Source of the DNA: Macrostomum hystrix
Taxonomy: Eukaryota; Animalia; Platyhelminthes
Length of the DNA: 64,000 nt
NCBI GenBank assembly: GCA_950097015.1
Contig: CATNEN010000024.1
Location: forward strand, 6,014,001-6,078,000
Direction of reading: 5' to 3'
Made by a program: the position numbers and the translations under genes. A model generated the notes under the pieces. The model searched no databases, was not told where the DNA came from, and was given only the letters and a program-made list of their open reading frames with translations. Shown here in pieces: positions 62,618-64,000 of the stretch. Each line of letters opens with the position of its first letter. Position 1 is the first letter of the stretch.

Positions 62618-63043
62618 TCACCTGATTGATGCCCAATTAACTTTAGCGAAATCTTCATCTTCCTCGGCCGAGTCCCCGCCACCTCGCGCTCGCCTGACTA
62701 GACAGGCCGCTTCCTTAGACGACAGGCGCAGCGGCAGCAGCAGCAGGCGTGCTCGTTGATCGCTCAAGTCTACACCGGTGCGACCGCTGCCCCGCAGCAG
62801 CCGGAGCATGCGGAAGCTCTGCGACCGGGCGATCACCTGCAACACCTGTGCGGCATCAGCCTGTAGCCGCTGCTGCAACTGCAAGCTGGGCGGGCCGCCC
62901 GCTCCATCAGCAGCTCGTCGAGGATTCGCCAGTCCGACTGGCAGGGCGCCGGGACTCAAGCTCAGCGATTCGAACTTCAGACGCAGGTCGGGACGAACCG
63001 CCGGCAGGGCGGCAGCCAAGGTGTGATAGGTGATGCTCACATT
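62618..63043 (-). CDS. LRR protein (LRRC74-like), exon with degenerate EF-hand-like C-terminal region
   Basis: Acceptor gagcag|AAT at 63044/63043, in frame with the two LRR exons upstream. It ends either at TGA 62620-62618 or at the overlapping donor AG|gtgaga (62622/62621). The family call is from domain layout only. Confidence 0.7.
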   Translation of the reverse strand, partial: NVSITYHTLAAALPAVRPDLRLKFESLSLSPGALPVGLANPRRAADGAGGPPSLQLQQRLQADAAQVLQVIARSQSFRMLRLLRGSGRTGVDLSDQRARLLLLPLRLSSKEAACLVRRARGGGDSAEEDEDFAKVNWASIR

Positions 63044-63131
63044 CTGCTCAGGTTAGAGAAGTATTTAACATTATTTCTCATATTCCTACTACATTAGCAG
63101 AAATACAAAGACATGGGATTGCCAAGCCAAC

Positions 63132-63227
63132 CTTCATGTCCAGCAGCTTCAGAGCGGAGCTGTCGTTGTTCATCAGCATGCCGAGGATCTCTTCGGCGCC
63201 CTGAGCCGTGAATGAGTTCTGGTCCAG
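63132..63227 (-). CDS. LRR protein exon (LDQNSFTAQGAEEILGMLMNNDSSALKLLDMK)
   Basis: Acceptor aag|CTG, donor AAG|gttggc, 96 bp phase 0-0; RI-like LRR pattern. Confidence 0.75.
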
Positions 63228-63318
63228 CTTCGATTGGGGACGAGAGATTAGAGAGACTTCATTCGTATTCTTGACATTATTCACTTTAGACATGATGTGA
63301 AATCAAAAAGACACTCAC

Positions 63319-63513
63319 AAACAGCTCCTGCAGGCAGTTGTTGACCGCCAGCATTTGGCCAATAGCTTTGGCGCCCTCCAGAAAGATTCGATTCGAAGAC
63401 AAGTTCAGCGTCGTCAACGAGGCATTCCTAAGTAGGCCGCTGGATAGGGCTGCCGTGCCCGCGTCGGCGAAGCCGTTTAAGCTGACGTCGAGCCACTGCA
63501 GGCTGGAATTCGT
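63319..63513 (-). CDS. LRR protein exon, ribonuclease-inhibitor-like repeats
   Basis: TNSSLQWLDVSLNGFADAGTAALSSGLLRNASLTTLNLSSNRIFLEGAKAIGQMLAVNNCLQELF, with 28-aa LxxLxLxxN repeats. Acceptor ggccag|ACG, donor TTT|gtgagt, 195 bp. Upstream exons lie outside the window. Confidence 0.85.
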
Positions 63514-63541
63514 CTGGCCAAGAAGAACGCGTTGATGTGGC

Positions 63542-64000
63542 TTGTAGGGAGTCTACTCTATTTTTTAGGGAGTCTACTCAAGTCTACTCAAACTTTTAGC
63601 GACTCTAGAGTCTACTCTCGTTTGTAGGGAGTCTACTCTAGTTTGCAGAGAGTCTACTCTAGTTTGTAGGGAGTCTACTCTAGTTTGTAGGGAGTCTACT
63701 CTAGTTTGTAGGGAGTCTACTCTAGTTTGCAGGGAGTCTACTCTAGTTTGTAGGGAGTCTACTCTAGTTTGTAGGGAGTCTACTCTAGTTTGTAGGGAGT
63801 CTACTCTAGTTTGTAGGGAGTCTACTCAAGTCTACTCAAACTTTTAGCGACTCTAGAGTCTACTCTCGTTTGTAGGGAGTCTACTCTAGTTTGCAGAGAG
63901 TCTACTCTAGTTTGTAGGGAGTCTACTCTAGTTTGTAGGGAGTCTACTCTAGTTTGTAGGGAGTCTACTCTAGTTTGCAGGGAGTCTACTCTAGTTTGTA
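63542..64000. repeat. 21-bp minisatellite (TTTGTAGGGAGTCTACTCTAG)n with a ~248-bp higher-order duplication, running off the window
   Basis: Tandem periodicity; the interruption AACTTTTAGCGACTCTAGAG occurs at 63591 and 63839. Confidence 0.93.

Overview
Eukaryotic (invertebrate-type) genomic DNA with spliceosomal GT-AG introns, tRNA-derived SINEs and many ~20-bp minisatellites. The style resembles repeat-rich flatworm genomes such as Macrostomum, but that is unverified. The minus strand carries a multi-exon AMP-activated protein kinase gamma subunit gene (CBS-domain exons at 81-2870; probable 5' exons at 50494-50856 and 59687-60340) and, at the right edge, the 3' exons of an LRRC74-like leucine-rich-repeat gene. 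The dominant feature is a 40,147-bp DNA transposon (4911-45057), probably inside an AMPK-gamma intron and flanked by a perfect target-site duplication (TAAGTTAG; 8-10 bp depending on boundary). It has a foldback architecture. Each arm is a 469-bp near-identical terminal inverted repeat followed by an inverted tandem array of a 170-bp monomer (~46 copies left, ~152 right). The arms enclose one uninterrupted 1476-aa ORF: in-frame 33-bp and 15-bp repeat tracts, a WRKY/GCM-like Zn finger, a Mutator (MULE) DDE transposase, a Ulp1/C48 SUMO-type protease with all catalytic residues, and a PHD-like finger. It looks like a young, possibly active MULE of the FB-NOF/Rehavkus/Phantom structural type that carries nucleosome-length satellite arrays as part of its inverted arms.
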